A stretch of DNA of 64,000 bases from an uncultured Verrucomicrobiae bacterium (lineage in GTDB: Bacteria > Verrucomicrobiota > Verrucomicrobiia > Chthoniobacterales > Terrimicrobiaceae), in contig CAVPOC010000002.1 of NCBI GenBank assembly GCA_963706955.1, positions 224,001-288,000 of the forward strand, given 5' to 3'. This document shows, in pieces, positions 63,182 to 64,000 of this stretch. Made by a program: the position numbers and the translations under genes. The notes under the pieces are model-generated. The model ran no database searches, had not been told where the DNA came from, and saw only the letters and a program-made list of their open reading frames with translations. Position 1 is the first letter of the stretch, and every line of letters starts with the position of its first letter.

Positions 63182-64000
63182 ATGGGAATGTGGATTGGAA
63201 GGAACCGAAAGGCCCGCGTCACCTATGGCTTCGATGAGATCGCGCTGGTGCCTGGGGATATCACCATAAATCCGAATGAGGTTGACATCTCGTTCCGAAT
63301 TCCGCGGCGGGACGGTGAGCCGATCACGCTTAAAATTCCCATTCTGGCCAGTGCGATGGATGGGGTCGTCGACGTCAAGATGGCGATCGCCATGGGAGAG
63401 CTCGGCGGCCTGGGGGTGCTCAACCTTGAAGGGGTCCAAACTCGCTATGAGAACCCCGATGAGGTCCTCGCCGAGGTCGTTTCGGCGGATAAGGAGAAGG
63501 CGACCACCATGATCCAAAAGCTCTACCAGGAGCCCATCCGCGAGGATCTGATTGCCCGCCGTGTGCAAGAAATAAAGAGCGCCGGCGTGGTTTGTTCAGT
63601 CAGCTCGATTCCGCAGAAGGCGGAGCGCTATGGCGCCATCGCCCAGGAAGCCGGCGTGGACGTTTTTGTTGTCCAGTCGACCGTCTCGACGGTCCGGCAC
63701 ATTTCCACCGAGTATAAGACGCTCGATATCGAAAAATTCTGCGCTTCGATGAAGGTGCCGGTAATTGTTGGCAACACGGTTACTTTCAATGCGACTCGCG
63801 AGATCATGCAAACGGGAGTGGCCGCTGTTTTGATTGGCGTCGGTCCGGGAGCCGCCTGCACGTCCCGTGGTGTGCTCGGCCTGGGTGTTCCCCAGGTGAC
63901 TGCGACTGCTGACTGCGCGGCGGCGCGCGATTACCATTTCAAGAGGAGCGGGCGCTACGTTCCGATCATCACGGATGGAGGCATGAGTAAGGGAGGTGAT
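63182..64000 (+). CDS. GuaB3-family IMP dehydrogenase-related protein (partial, runs off the window end)
   Basis: Not in the ORF track. MGMWIGRNRKARVTYGFDEIALVPG, ASAMDGV, GVLNLEG, GVGPGAACTSR, IITDGG. Confidence 0.92.
   Translation, partial: MGMWIGRNRKARVTYGFDEIALVPGDITINPNEVDISFRIPRRDGEPITLKIPILASAMDGVVDVKMAIAMGELGGLGVLNLEGVQTRYENPDEVLAEVVSADKEKATTMIQKLYQEPIREDLIARRVQEIKSAGVVCSVSSIPQKAERYGAIAQEAGVDVFVVQSTVSTVRHISTEYKTLDIEKFCASMKVPVIVGNTVTFNATREIMQTGVAAVLIGVGPGAACTSRGVLGLGVPQVTATADCAAARDYHFKRSGRYVPIITDGGMSKGGD

Overview
Bacterial chromosomal window, probably from a soil Verrucomicrobiota (Chthoniobacterales-like) genome; the taxonomy is inferred from gene content and style. Single-base frameshifts are very common, including in nadD and nuoL/M/J, which points to long-read assembly errors rather than real gene decay. 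The first 0.7 kb carries two parS palindromes and several DnaA-box-like 9-mers, so it is a candidate origin region. Core genes follow: a polar amino-acid ABC transporter with pcm, threonine aldolase, cinA, rsfS, nadD, a GH3 hexosaminidase, nuoI-N, a SWIM-SNF2 helicase, an aldo/keto reductase, an FKBP, an SGNH hydrolase and an L,D-transpeptidase. The centre is an integration hotspot at tRNA-Arg(TCT). An intact SEFIR/TIR-purine nucleoside phosphorylase fusion gene lies divergent from a 5'-half tRNA copy. A ~355-bp block (SEFIR N-terminus, shared promoter and tRNA 5' half) recurs 6.5 kb downstream, where it completes the full tRNA. The integrase-less island between the two copies holds a TPR C-terminal remnant, an FkbM methyltransferase, a stand-alone LytTR gene flanked by twin micro-ORFs, and a second diverged copy of the island's left-end sequence. 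About 19 kb of accessory single genes follow the tRNA, then usp, hisI, a Roadblock-domain gene, exbB/exbD/tonB-like genes and a GuaB3-family gene. GTAG-type REP doublets with compensatory stem changes occur throughout.
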